Source of the DNA: Trypethelium eluteriae | Taxonomy: Eukaryota | NCBI GenBank assembly: GCA_051942245.1 | Contig: JAVECL010000265.1 | Span: forward strand, 1-32,029 | Direction of reading: 5' to 3' | DNA length: 32,029 nucleotides | Part shown: piece after piece, positions 20,601-32,029 of the stretch | How the letters are laid out: every line of letters starts with the position of its first letter | Position numbering within the stretch: the stretch's first letter is position 1 | The notes under the pieces: model-generated | What the model saw: the letters and a program-made list of their open reading frames with translations, nothing else | Told to the model about the DNA's origin: nothing | Database searches by the model: none | Translations under genes and position numbers: made by a program

Positions 20601-23383
20601 ATAGTTTGACCTATGCCCAGCTTGCGTTTCGGGTGGACACCATTGCAACTTCCCTCCTCGAAAAGGGGGCAGAAGGCAAGCGAGTCGCTGTGTTCCAAGA
20701 GCCGACATCTGACTGGGTTTGCTCACTGTTGGCCGTTCTTCGCGTTGGCTCTGTATACGTACCTCTCGATTTACGCAACCCCTTCCCTCGGCTAGCAGCA
20801 ATCGTTAGGAGCTCCAAGCCTTCTGTCATCCTTGCACATGCAGCGACTGCAAAGGATGTCCCTTCCTTGGATCCAGGCAATGCAACCACTGTCAATATTT
20901 CCGATTTGAGAGAGTCAAAGTCTCTTACAGTGCGAAATCGCGCCCTGCCAGACTCGCCGGCCGTCGTTCTCTACACCAGTGGTTCTACGGGCACTCCAAA
21001 AGGCATACTCCTTAAGCATTCGAGCTTGCGTAATGAAATAGAAGGATATATCAAGTCTTGGAACATTGGTGCCGAAATGGTCTTGCAACAAAGCGCCTAC
21101 AGCTTCGATTTCTCTCTGGATCAGATTTTCACGGCCCTCACTAATGGCGGCACTGTATACACTGTATCTAAGTCTAAAAGGGGCGACTCGGTCGAGATTG
21201 CCAAGCTTATTGCAAGCCAAGGTATCACTTACACCAAAGCAACGCCATCCGAGTATGCTAGCTGGATCCGCTACGGTATGGATAGCCTAAGGCAAAACTC
21301 CGGTTGGCAATTTGCATTTGGCGGTGGCGAGACGCTCAATGCGGACCTCAAAGCAGACTTTAGACGCCTCGCAAAACCACAACTACGGCTCTTCAATTCT
21401 TGGGGCCCAGCGGAGATCACCGTCTCCGCTACCAAAATCGAAGTTCGATATACAGACGATGGTGCTGGGGACCTCCCTGTCGGTTTTCCACTACCGAACT
21501 ATTCCGTCTATATCGTTGACCAGAACCTTCGTCCGTTGCCGGTTGGTGTGACTGGCGAAATCGTCGTCGGTGGCGCTGGCCCTGCAGCTGGCTACGACGG
21601 CGACAGTGTTTTGACCGAACAAAAGTTCATTCAGAACCCATTTGCCAGTCATGAAAATGTTAGTCATGAATATGCAGCAAAGGAATGGACGACCATGTAC
21701 CGCACTGGTGATCGTGGTCGCTTGCGTGATGATGGTGCGCTCATGTTTGATGGGCGCATTGACGGTGATACACAGATCAAGCTTCGTGGGCTGCGTATTG
21801 AACTCGAGGATCTAGAAAGCAGCATCATAGCCGCCGCTGGAGGAAAAATTGCAAAGGCTGTTGCGAGCTCGCGTGGCGAAGGACAGGCCCAATATCTCGT
21901 TGCCTTTGTTGAGTTCACGCATCAAGACGAACCTACGAAAGATGAGAGAAGGGAGTACCTGAGGACGCTGCTGACGAATCTACCGCTTCCCCAGTACATG
22001 TGTCCTGCTATGCTTGTGCCCATAGAGCAAATCCCGCTCAACAATCATTCGAAGGTGGATCGCCTGGCTATCAAATCGCTGCCTCTTCCTCAGTCCGACA
22101 CGTCGACAGAAACAGAGATGGAACTCACTGAGACAGAGAAGGTACTCAAATCAGTCTGGGACGATGTCCTCACGCCTGAGCTTACTAGCCAATTTTCCAT
22201 CAACGCTTCCACAGACTTCTTTCACATCGGTGGTAATAGTATGCTCCTCGTACGTCTACAAGCCGGTATCCGCGACTCTTTTCATGTCCTCCTTCCCATG
22301 GTCCAGCTTCTTGAATGTACAACTTTAGGCGCCATGGCTATGCGCATTTCTGCAGCTGCGCCGACCCGCGCCATAAACTGGGACATGGTGACTTCCTTGC
22401 ACGGGCTTTCTGTCCCCAGTCTCCCATCTTTCAATCCTACGCACTCTGCCAAAGGCCGCACTGTTCTTCTCACTGGAGCGTCCGGCCACCTTGGACGCTC
22501 TGTGCTTACTACGCTCCTAGCTGATGCCACCATCACTAGTATTCACGCTGTCGGAGTGCGCAACATATTTCCAGCCCATTCTCACAAGATAACTGTTCAT
22601 GAGGGTGACCTCACAGCTCCACAGTTCGGCCTTCCGTCCAGGACTTTTGCAACTCTTGCTGCCACAATCGATGTGATCATTCACAACGGTGCCAAGCGTG
22701 CCTTCTTTGAGGCATATGATCAGCTGGAGGTAGCAAATGTTCTGGCAACTAAGGAGATCATCGCATTAGCTGCACCTAGGAAGGTGCCCGTCCGCTTTCT
22801 CTCCTCCGGCGCCGTTACAAGCTTGGCAAATGGGAAGATGCAACTAGAAGACGAAGACACTGTGAACGGCATAAGGCCACCAACGGACGGCACTAATGGA
22901 TATCTCGCAAGTAAATGGGCCGGAGAAATACTATTAGAACATGCCGCGCAGGAATACGGCATTTCCGTGTCAATCCATCGCCCCTTCGGTGTCTCTGCAG
23001 CTGCCAGTCCCTCCGGCCGCGAAGAGCAGGTTTTGCTCGACATCAAGCGTTGCGCCGAGCAACTGAAGTTATTGCCGCTTGAAAAAGGGTGGACTGGACA
23101 CATTGACTTTTCTCCGATCGAAGAGATTGCCAGTGCAGTATGCTCGACATCAGACCCCGTATCTGGAATGGTGAAGAGGTTGGCATACCATGCAGATGTG
23201 CGGTTGGACTTGAGCACCCTTGCAGAGATGCTTGGGAAAGAAATCAAACAGAAAGAAGGCTTTGAGTATCTGGATCCATTGAAGTGGTTTGGTAGGATCA
23301 AGAAGGAAAGGTTTGGATGGCTGATGATGAGCCAGGATCTCTGGAGGACGGCCGACGGCGTACAAGTGAGGTCGACCAGATAA
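11691..23383 (+). CDS. Fungal iterative hybrid PKS-NRPS (KS-AT-DH-pseudoMT-ER0-KR-ACP-C-A-T-R), ~3824 aa. Exons 11691-12324, 12393-13068, 13114-13724, 13779-15740, 15792-23383
   Basis: Four GT..AG introns give a continuous 11475-nt frame. [51 protein letters not shown] and [89 protein letters not shown]. Terminal [16 protein letters not shown]. Confidence 0.97.
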
Positions 23384-24068
23384 TATGCATACGTGGTGTT
23401 TGGGCTAGACCGATCTGTATTGTAGAGAATTATTTAGAGTACAAACTGGCGTCAATGATAAAAGTATTAGTAGTCTCAAGCTGTGACCGCTAGTCTATGC
23501 CGGTTTTCAATGATAAGAATTGTGAATATTTTGAGGTATGGCTGGTGCTTTGGGCAGACCTGGAACCGTAAGACTGATGGGGATTTCAAATCCTGACTCA
23601 TGAGGATGTTTGGATGATGGTGCTAGGTACCTTACGGCGGCTGGGGGGTGCAATCTTATGGTATTCGATAATAAGGGTTGACTGGTCGAGATCATACCAC
23701 CAAGATAATCGACGTTGCGCGAGAAAAATAGATACTTTCTCGTGTGAAAAAATTACAAAACTCTACAGAGTAGGGAATAGGGCTTCAGAAGATTGGGTTC
23801 CCCAAAAGGCAAAGGTCTGGAGAGGAGTACCTAGGCAGAGGTCTGGAAGCAGCGGCTCGGCAAGCGTCGGCCATGGCGTGCATTGGCAGGGGCCATCCTC
23901 GGAGCATGACATCTTCTTGCTTTGCCCACGCTGTTCGTGCCTTTTTATAACAGTCTGCACCATCCTTTTCTCTCTCGTGTTCCACAGCGCTGCAAGTAGG
24001 GCTTATTCTTTACTGCGACTGTCGCCACGTATGCTCTACTTGAGTACCACAATTCACTCGGCCGTCGG

Positions 24069-25328
24069 ATGCCCGCGAGCATCGTCAGCAGCCATGTCTC
24101 GTCAGACAACAGCTCGGACACATCACGAGAGGTAACAATGGCGAAACTGCGGAGACAGGAGCCTGCGATATGTCCCACGGATGGCGAAAATCTGGTCTCA
24201 AATCTGGATGCGCCGCGAAGGACAATCAACAAGCAAAGCTGGGATTATGTTCTCCGTAGTGGAGCGGCTGGGGGATTGGCAGCATGCGCTGTAAGTGGTC
24301 TGAGCAAATCGCTAATAGAACGATCTGCTAAGTAAGTTGCACAGGCAAAAACGGTGGTGGGCCCTCTCGATCGAGTCAAGATACTTTTCCAAGCCTCGAA
24401 CCCTCAATTTGCCAAATACACCGGCTCGTGGCTCGGAGTGGTGAAAGCCATGAGAGACATACGGGCAACCGAGGGCTCGCGGGGACTCTTTCGAGGGCAT
24501 TCTGCCACTCTACTGCGCATTTTCCCGTACGCTGCGATCAAGTTTGCCGCTTACGAACAAATACGCGCCGTCATGATCCAAAACAAAGCCCAAGAAACAC
24601 CTTACCGCCGTTTCATTAGTGGTTCACTGGCAGGCTGTCTATCGGTTTTCTGTACATACCCGTTAGAAATCATTCGAGTACGTCTGGCATTCGAGACAAA
24701 ACGGGACTCTCGTTCTTCCCTTTCGCGAATATGCAAACAGATATATCATGAGCAACCTCCTTCAGTGGCCCAAGGACCCGTGCATGTCGATACCTCCACC
24801 GTCTCCCGCGCAGCTGCAACTACTGTCAATGCGGCTTCCGCTGTGGTTGACAAGGTCACGCCTCGCTCAGGACTTGCAAACTTCTTTCGAGGCTTCACCC
24901 CGACTCTGTGGGGAATGCTCCCCTATGCAGGAGCCTCGTTTTTGACGCATGACAGCGCGGGGGATCTTATGCGGCACCCACGAATCGCTCAACATACGAC
25001 GCTGCCCCAGTCGAATCAGAGGAGCCGGGATCCTCATAAGCCACCGCAGTTGACCTGGTGGGCAGAGTTGATAACAGGTGGTCTCGCTGGACTCGTCTCT
25101 CAAACAGTATCGTATCCACTGGAAGTCATCCGGCGGCGCATGCAAGTCGGTGGGGTAGTTGGTGATGGGCGCAGACTCGGGATAACCGAAGTTGCGGGCA
25201 AGATATGGTTAGAAAAAGGATGGAAAGGTTTCTTTGTGGGTCTCGGCATCGGCTATGTTAAAGTGATACCAATGGTGGCAACGAGTTTCTACGTGTACGA
25301 GAGAGGCAAGTATTGGTTGGGTATCTGA
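24069..25328 (+). CDS. LEU5: Mitochondrial carrier (SLC25) protein, Leu5/Graves-disease-carrier-like, probable CoA transporter, ~401 aa. Exons 24069-24290, 24345-25328
   Basis: Three Px[DE]xx[KR]x[RK]-type signatures (PLDRVKIL, PLEIIRVR, PLEVIRRRMQ), plus GLFRGHSATLLRIFPYAAIKF and GMLPYAG typical of the Leu5 subfamily. Intron GTAAGT...GCTAAG...CAG. Confidence 0.88.
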
Positions 25329-25954
25329 TTCCTAATCACAAAAAGCAAGCCAGCTTACATTTACAATGGCTGCATCATGCATGCCTGGCGTTTTTCCTGA
25401 GTGGGACGGACATCTGGATGTTGTCGGCCGGGACTTGGCATGTTGCATAGAGTTCGGATTCATTGAGAAACGCAAGCAAAATCCATAGCTTTGACTTTGG
25501 ACTTTGTTTTCAATCGGAACAAGTACTACTCTTCCGCGCCCTTCCGAGCCATTGCATGATGGACGTTTGAGTAGTACCAAGACGCCGTGGACTGCAGTCA
25601 TGTGTCTAAGAATACGAGCCCGAAGGGCTTGACACTGCTTGCTTCCTAGCGGCGAAACGCGCATATGGAATTGACTTTCGCTCGCGACTAACTATCATAG
25701 AATCGAGGCTTGGATGCCCCAAAAAGGACTAGCTAATCTGCAACGGCCCGTTCTCCGGCTGGCAATTTGGCGTCCCAAGTATCTCATTAAGTCGGATTTC
25801 GGCATCGGAAATCTCATTGTCCTCCAGTCCAGAGAAGAGCAGGACGGAAGCGCTCGTTTAGGTCCTAAAGTAATTAGCTGAGGGTGTTGGCCATGTGAAT
25901 CGTAGATGGTCTGTTTAAAGTTTGCTAGGCTTGGACCACGGACAGAAGTCAAGC

Positions 25955-25967
25955 TTTTTTTTTTTTT
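25955..25967. repeat. Poly(T)13 tract in the carrier-kinesin intergenic region
   Basis: 13 consecutive T residues. Confidence 0.9.
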
Positions 25968-26800
25968 CTCCCCCAGGTGTCGCTAGTTGAGAGTTGCTGG
26001 GGTTGTTTCTCATGACAGTGCCTCATCAGGCTAGGGCTAGGCTTGTGCCATGCTGACATTTGGTAGAGTGAGCTTTGGTTAGTCCCAATTTGCGAAGTCG
26101 GTCACTATTCATTGGCGCAAAAACGTGAAACAGAAGTAAAGTTATCCGCCTAGTTCGCCGCCAGTCCTTCCAAGATGAGAGCAGCTTTTGGTGCTTTGTA
26201 GAAAACTTTTCGGAGCTGGTGCGCGCACGCGGACCGAACGCCTGCAAAGCATCAGGATGGCCGGCCGAGCACCCTGAGGCAATTCCAGGCAATTCCAGGC
26301 ATGAGGACAGGCGCACCAGGGGCCGAGCCGAGTGCTTTGAAGCCCCTGACGAGTGTGTACCTCCTCCAGGTGTTGAAGCGGCCAGTGAGAGCCTTCATGC
26401 CGCTAGCTTAACCTTCATTCTGCTAGCGACTCCTAAAATCCCATCGCCGCCTTTGCACTTCCCCTAGGTACTGGGCAACCGTTCTCCTAGAAAGCATCCT
26501 ATTGCCGTTCTCGCCGATCGCGTTGCGCGTTGCCCATTACGCCTGGGGTTTGTCGCAGAGCAGACAGGGCATCGCCGCGCCGAGGTTTCCGCCGATCCCC
26601 AGATCCACACTCATCGCGTTTTCCCTGGCCCTGTCACCGCACCTGCCAAAGATACGCGCATGAAGCCGCTCGCTCATCATCTGTCTCGTCGGCAGCAACA
26701 GATTGTGTGACAGCGCGAGGCGCCACGCGTCGGACACAGTGGAAAGGCACGCGCAGACAACCGGACAGGGGACGAATTGCAACATCTGGATTCGGCCGTC

Positions 26801-29800
26801 ATGGCCTCCACTCCGCCGGCCTCGCCTTCTGGCGCAGGAGTTCAGAGACCTATGAGTGCCGTCTACAGATCGAACAGGAGCTCAAGTCGATTGAGCATGA
26901 GCAGTAAGCATGGTGGAAGCAGAGCTTCTGATGAGGATGCCAAGACTGCTGTCAAAGTCGGTCAGTATCGTGCACACATGTTGCATTTTCTATTCCTTGC
27001 GCTGACATCGCAAACCTCACATAGCTGTTCGAGTAAGACCGCCGCTCAAGCCTTCTGACCCCGGATTCGACCTCATCCCACAACGGTTTCGCGGCTCAAC
27101 GTGCGAAGTAACAACTCCGACGACCTTGGCAGTGGAATCGGCGCAAGGCAAAAGGCTATTTGTGTTTGACCGCGTCTTCGGTGAAGATGTCAATCAAGAG
27201 GGGGTATGGGACTACCTCCACGAGAGCATAAATTCTTTTGTGCAGGGCTACAATGTCTCCATCTTGGCCTACGGCCAATCTGGCTCGGGCAAGTCATATA
27301 CCATGGGAACGTCGGGACCTGCGGAGCAAGGAGATAAGGAGCTACAAGGTATAGTTCCTGCAGACTACCCTATGGCTATTTGCTTCCAATTGGGGAATGT
27401 CTTCGGCGTATACTGACGTTACTTCAAGGAGTTGTACCCAGAGCAGCAAATGCCTTGTTTGACAAGATCACCGGTGCACGAAATCGCATGTCAAGTTCTG
27501 GGATACGAACACCATCGCGATTATCATCTCACGGTCTTCCGACGCTTCAAAGCCTCTCCAAGTCGCAACCTGCAGATAAGAACTGGCAAATGAAGGCGAC
27601 CTATGTTGAGGTACGTCAGTGACAATAATTAATGGGAACCGCAAATAACGTCTTCGCAGATATATAATGAGCAGTTGCGTGACTTGCTCCTTCCCGAATC
27701 TGTTCCCCAAAGCGAACGACCTACCGTGTCAATTCGAGAGGATACGAAGGGAAGGATCATCCTGACTGGTCTGCAGCAGGTCGCAATCAACTCGATAGAC
27801 GACCTTCTCAATGCACTCAACTTCGGATCTTCGATTCGACAGACAGATTCAACTGCAGTGAATGCCAAGTCGTCACGTTCACATGCTGTATTCAGCTTGA
27901 ATCTTGTTCAAAGAAGGTCCAACTCCGCACAAACTTCGATTAGGGACAAGCGCATGTCCTTACCGGTTGACGCCATGCCAAGCAATGAAGGCTGGATTAC
28001 CGTCGATAGCAAACTTCACTTCGTAGATCTTGCCGGCAGTGAGAGGCTGAAGAATACTGGGGCCCAGGGGGAAAGAGCAAAAGAGGGTATCTCTATCAAT
28101 GCGGGATTGGCAAGTCTCGGGAAAGTCATATCCCAACTGTCCTCCCGCCAAGCTGGTTCTCATGTCTCTTATCGTGATTCGCGCCTCACGCGACTGCTTC
28201 AAGATTCCTTAGGAGGTAACGCCATAACTTATATGGTTGCATGCGTTACTCCTGCAGAATTCCATTTGAGCGAGACGCTCAACACTGTTCAATATGCGCA
28301 ACGAGCTCGCGCGATCCAAAGTCGACCGCAAATCCAGCAAGTCCATGATGATCATGACAAACAAGCCGTAATCGACAGACTACGAGCAGAAATATCTTTC
28401 TTAAGAGATCAAATTCGACTTTCAGATCGGTCTGACCGCCGTACTGGGATACCACAGGAACGAACCGAAAGACAGAACGAACGGGAGATGGAGCTCCAAA
28501 ACCAGCTTTTGGACGTCCAGGAAAATTACACCGCACTCAGTACCCGCCATGCAAAGCTCATCTCCGAAATTGCCAAGGCCAGGGACACCGATGATGCCGA
28601 AACTCCTATGCTGAAGGACGCGATTGGCGATAGCGCAATGGACAGGCTCAAAAGGTCAAATTCGTTTGCTGAAGCCGTAGAGCAGGTTGTGCTCGAATAT
28701 GAGAAGACTATCCAAAGCTTGGAAGGATCTTTGTCAAATACTCGGTCCGCTCTCTCCACAAATGAGAGCAGTCTGCTTGAAAAAGAAACTACGATCGCAT
28801 TCATGGAGACCATGACACAGAAACTGCAAGCTCGGATACAAAAGGCTATGGATCGTGAAGCAAACAACGAGCAATACCTACGAGATTTGGAATCCAAAGT
28901 TAACGGTATCACTTCCGGTGAAGAGAAGAGCAGTGTCATGATTACAGATCTTCGGAAAGAGCTGGCTAGGATTCGCGAGAGTGAATCTAATGCTGAGGAC
29001 TATATATCCACTCTAGAAGAGAGATTGGCAGAGGCCGAGCAGGATCACGAGATCATGCAACGCGAGATTGACCGCTTAGAACACGTGGTAGAGCGACAGC
29101 GTAGCATTGGAAAGCTTGACAATCTGCTCTACGAGCTTGACAACATCAAGCAGACCGAGTCTCGAACTGCTACAGATCCAACTATCAATGGCTACACTCA
29201 TGCGGAGCAAGATAATGTACATGATCGCAGTGCCTCATCCTCTAGTACGGTGCACACCAATGGACATGATTTCCAGGATGCCGAGACAAGCCCTGGTATT
29301 TCGTCAGCTTCGTTGGATGACGCCGAAACATCGGGGCCTTCGAAGGATGCCGTGGAGGGCCATGAGAATCAGGAAGAGGCCGCTAATGCTCAAGCTCCAG
29401 CTCCAGCTCCAAGAAAAAATGATAATGTTACCAAGAAGCCTCCAGTAACTAGCAAGAAGATGGAAGGTCGTACAGACATACCTGCGAGCCCGGCGCAATC
29501 GAAGTACATGGCTGATAAGCTGGAGTCGGTCACTCAGGAACTATTCGATCTTCGTGTTGAGCACGAGTCGACCGTCACTGACTTTGATGAACTTACCCGC
29601 AAGTACCAATTTGCGTTAAATACGATAACTCAACTGCAGGAAGCAGCGAGCGAAGAACAAGAGGCATCTTCTCATCAGCGAAACCTGTCAGCCACCTCGT
29701 CTACTACGACAACGAGGCCAAGACCTTTTTTAGAGGACGCGGGGATGCATGGACAGAAAGAGGATGGACAACCGTCATCTTCGCGTTCTTTGTCATCGGA

Positions 29801-32029
29801 ATTGTCCTTAGTTGGGGAGTCGACCGATACAACGGAAATCGCAACGTCTTCTATCCCTGAGGAAGGGCAAGAGGATCCAAAAGAGCACGCAGAAAAAACC
29901 AAACCTGAGCCATTCGAAGCTAAAGCTGTGGCTGCTGACCTGGCGCAAATGTCGAGGGATCGCAGCAACAGCATACTAGAGGAGGTGGAGGCGCTGAAGA
30001 GGCTTAACGCGGAGAAAGAGCAAAACATCATTGAGCTGACAGATGCTTACGAGCAGTTACAGCAAGAGCATGAAAATTCAATGGAGTATATGGAAGACCT
30101 TAAGACCGAAGTTCAAAAGGCAAATACCCTTGCTCGTCCTGTCACTCCGACCTACCACACCATTCGTCGAAAATCGAGCCATAACGTCATGGCCGTCGAC
30201 AAGGCCAATCGCTCCTTCGCTTCTTTGCGTAACCTCGCCATCGAGAATTTTGAGGGCCAACCAGATATTCAGCAGAATTTCGAAATGAATCTGACTGCTA
30301 TCATGACCGAACTACATAATCGTTCCGAACAATATCAGTCACTGGAGGCTGAGCTTGGTGCCGTCCGTAAGGAAATGGAGTCCAAGATGCAGATCATTTC
30401 TGGTCTTACGAGAGAACGGTCCAGCCTGAAGAGTACGTCGCCTGTCGATATCTCCATTGTAGGCTCGATGCGAGATCAGCTAGTGAAGAGCGAGAATACA
30501 ATTAGAACATTGCATGAATCGCATGCTACTCGAGAGAAAGAGCTAAATGATCAGATGGATCAATTGAGGGCGGCTCTTGCGTCCAGCGAGAAAGCTACTC
30601 CGCCCGCTACTGCTGGTGTTGAACAGTCTTCCATCCCAGCAGTTTCCCTGGAGAAACCTGTATCAGACACGGATTCTGCGACGGAACTTCGCGCAGAACC
30701 TGAAACTTCTCGACAACAAGACCAGATTGCTAAGCTGCAAGAGGAACTTGCAGGCTGGGAGAGTAAGCATCAGTCTGCCATGGAATCGATGAACGCTTCG
30801 GAACAGCAGCTTCTCAAGACCATAGCAGAATTGGAAGAATCTATGCGTGATGCGGAGAATTCGACGGCTGATCGGGAGCTGCCTTCTGAAGAAGCAGATG
30901 CTGCTGCTGCTGCCGCTGCTGCTGCCGTAGTCTTCGAAGAGGAGCGGAAGAAACACCGGGAGGTTGTCGATGTGCTACAAAAAGAGATGGAAGCGCACAG
31001 GACTGCAGCAACCGAGCATACGTCGAAATTGTCCAAATTGGAGGAAGACTACTCCACGATACTGGCTCAGGTCGAAGAGCAGAGCAAATCCAAGGACCTC
31101 ACGGACAAGGAGTTGCAGACACATCGAGATTTAGTCATGAACCTCCAGAAGCAGATTGAGGAACACGAGTCTGCGATCGAGTTGCACAAACGCGGCCAAG
31201 ACGCTATGCAAGAGTCCCACAAGAACCAGCTCAAGCATTTGTCAGAAACTAGCAAGAGAGCCGAGGAAGAGGCCAATGCACGTCTCGAGAAACAATTCTC
31301 AGAACACCAGGAGTCTGTGTCGTCGCTCAAGAACGAGTTGACCAAGGCGCATATGGAAATGGCAGACTTACTCCAAGGGGCTTCTGGGGTTCTGGGCCGT
31401 GAGACTGATGCCAATCAGCTACACACTCATATTCAAGGTCTGGTCGATGAGCACAAGACTTTGGCGGCTCAGCATCAAGAGGCTTCCAACCAACTGAAGG
31501 AAGCACAAGAGGAACTCCAGGCCGCCATATCCAATGCAGTTGGTTTGGAAGGTAAAATCAGCGAGCTCACATCGATCAACGACGAGACCTTGAAAGAGCT
31601 TGAACGCATGAGCGCCAAAGAGAAGAAGAGTTCTCGACTTGTTGAAGAACTTGAAGAGCAACTCAATTCAAACTACGACCAGCACCAAGCTGCAAACAAC
31701 CGGTTGTCAGCATTGCAAAATGAACGGCAAGTTGAGCTGCAAAACGCAAACTTGGCCAAGGCAGATCTCCAGCGTGAGCTGGACGAGCACCGGGCCAAGG
31801 TCGTACAATTAGAGGTGAGTCGGATATTTATGGACGTCAATACTAGTCAATGGCATCTGTCTAACGTAAAACGCCAGGCACTACTCAGCGATTCGAATCG
31901 GAACACCCTAATATCCAACCGCGAATCTCTCGACCCCCGAGACGCCGCCTCCCTGGGCGTCATGCGGTCCGGCTCACAATCCTCCGTCAACCTCCGCAAA
32001 TCCGCCTCTCACACCTCACTCCCATCCCC
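26801..32029 (+). CDS. Kinesin with N-terminal motor and long coiled-coil tail (kinesin-4 / KIF4-KIF21-like), 3' end beyond the window. Exons 26801-26960, 27025-27348, 27429-27610, 27660-31814, 31878->32029
   Basis: VKVAVRVRPPL, FVFDRVF, P-loop AYGQSGSGKSYTMG, EIYNEQLRDLL, switch I NAKSSRSHAVF, switch II FVDLAGSER, HVSYRDSRLTRLLQDSLGGN, then more than 1000 aa of E/K/L/Q-rich sequence. The long exon is missing from the ORF track, apparently because the frame has no stop before the window end. Confidence 0.93.
30900..30926 (+). repeat. Imperfect (GCT)n microsatellite encoding poly-Ala9 in the kinesin tail
   Basis: GCT GCT GCT GCT GCC GCT GCT GCT GCC, in frame. Confidence 0.85.

Noticed and set aside
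24069..32029. Mitochondrial CoA carrier or kinesin as a self-resistance or precursor-supply gene of the cluster
   Set aside because: Both look like ordinary housekeeping orthologues with canonical motifs. Worth revisiting only if a second genomic copy or co-regulation is shown.
27660..32029. Apparent absence of a long ORF in the track, suggesting a broken kinesin
   Set aside because: Track artefact: the 4155-nt exon is a multiple of three, the motor motifs are in frame, and the frame runs off the window end.

Overview
Filamentous ascomycete genomic DNA: short GT-AG introns with CTRAC branch sites. The centre is a compact three-gene secondary-metabolite cluster: a DHA2-type MFS exporter (-), a Zn2Cys6 transcription factor (-) and a divergently transcribed, uninterrupted ~3824-aa iterative PKS-NRPS hybrid (KS-AT-DH-pseudoMT-ER0-KR-ACP-C-A-T-R, +). 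It is flanked by apparent housekeeping genes: an MT-A70/METTL4-like methyltransferase on the left, and a Leu5-like mitochondrial carrier and a kinesin-4-like gene (running off the window) on the right. Four points stand out. (1) No trans-enoylreductase or tailoring gene is recognisable. (2) The C-methyltransferase domain is degenerate and appears internally deleted. (3) The A-domain pocket is atypical. (4) The cluster regulator appears hit twice, by a 181-bp near-palindromic TA-flanked foldback element (MITE) in its intron and by an in-frame TAA 70 codons before its apparent natural end. This suggests an intact but possibly silenced cryptic cluster. All gene models and motif calls were made by eye; no database searches were run.
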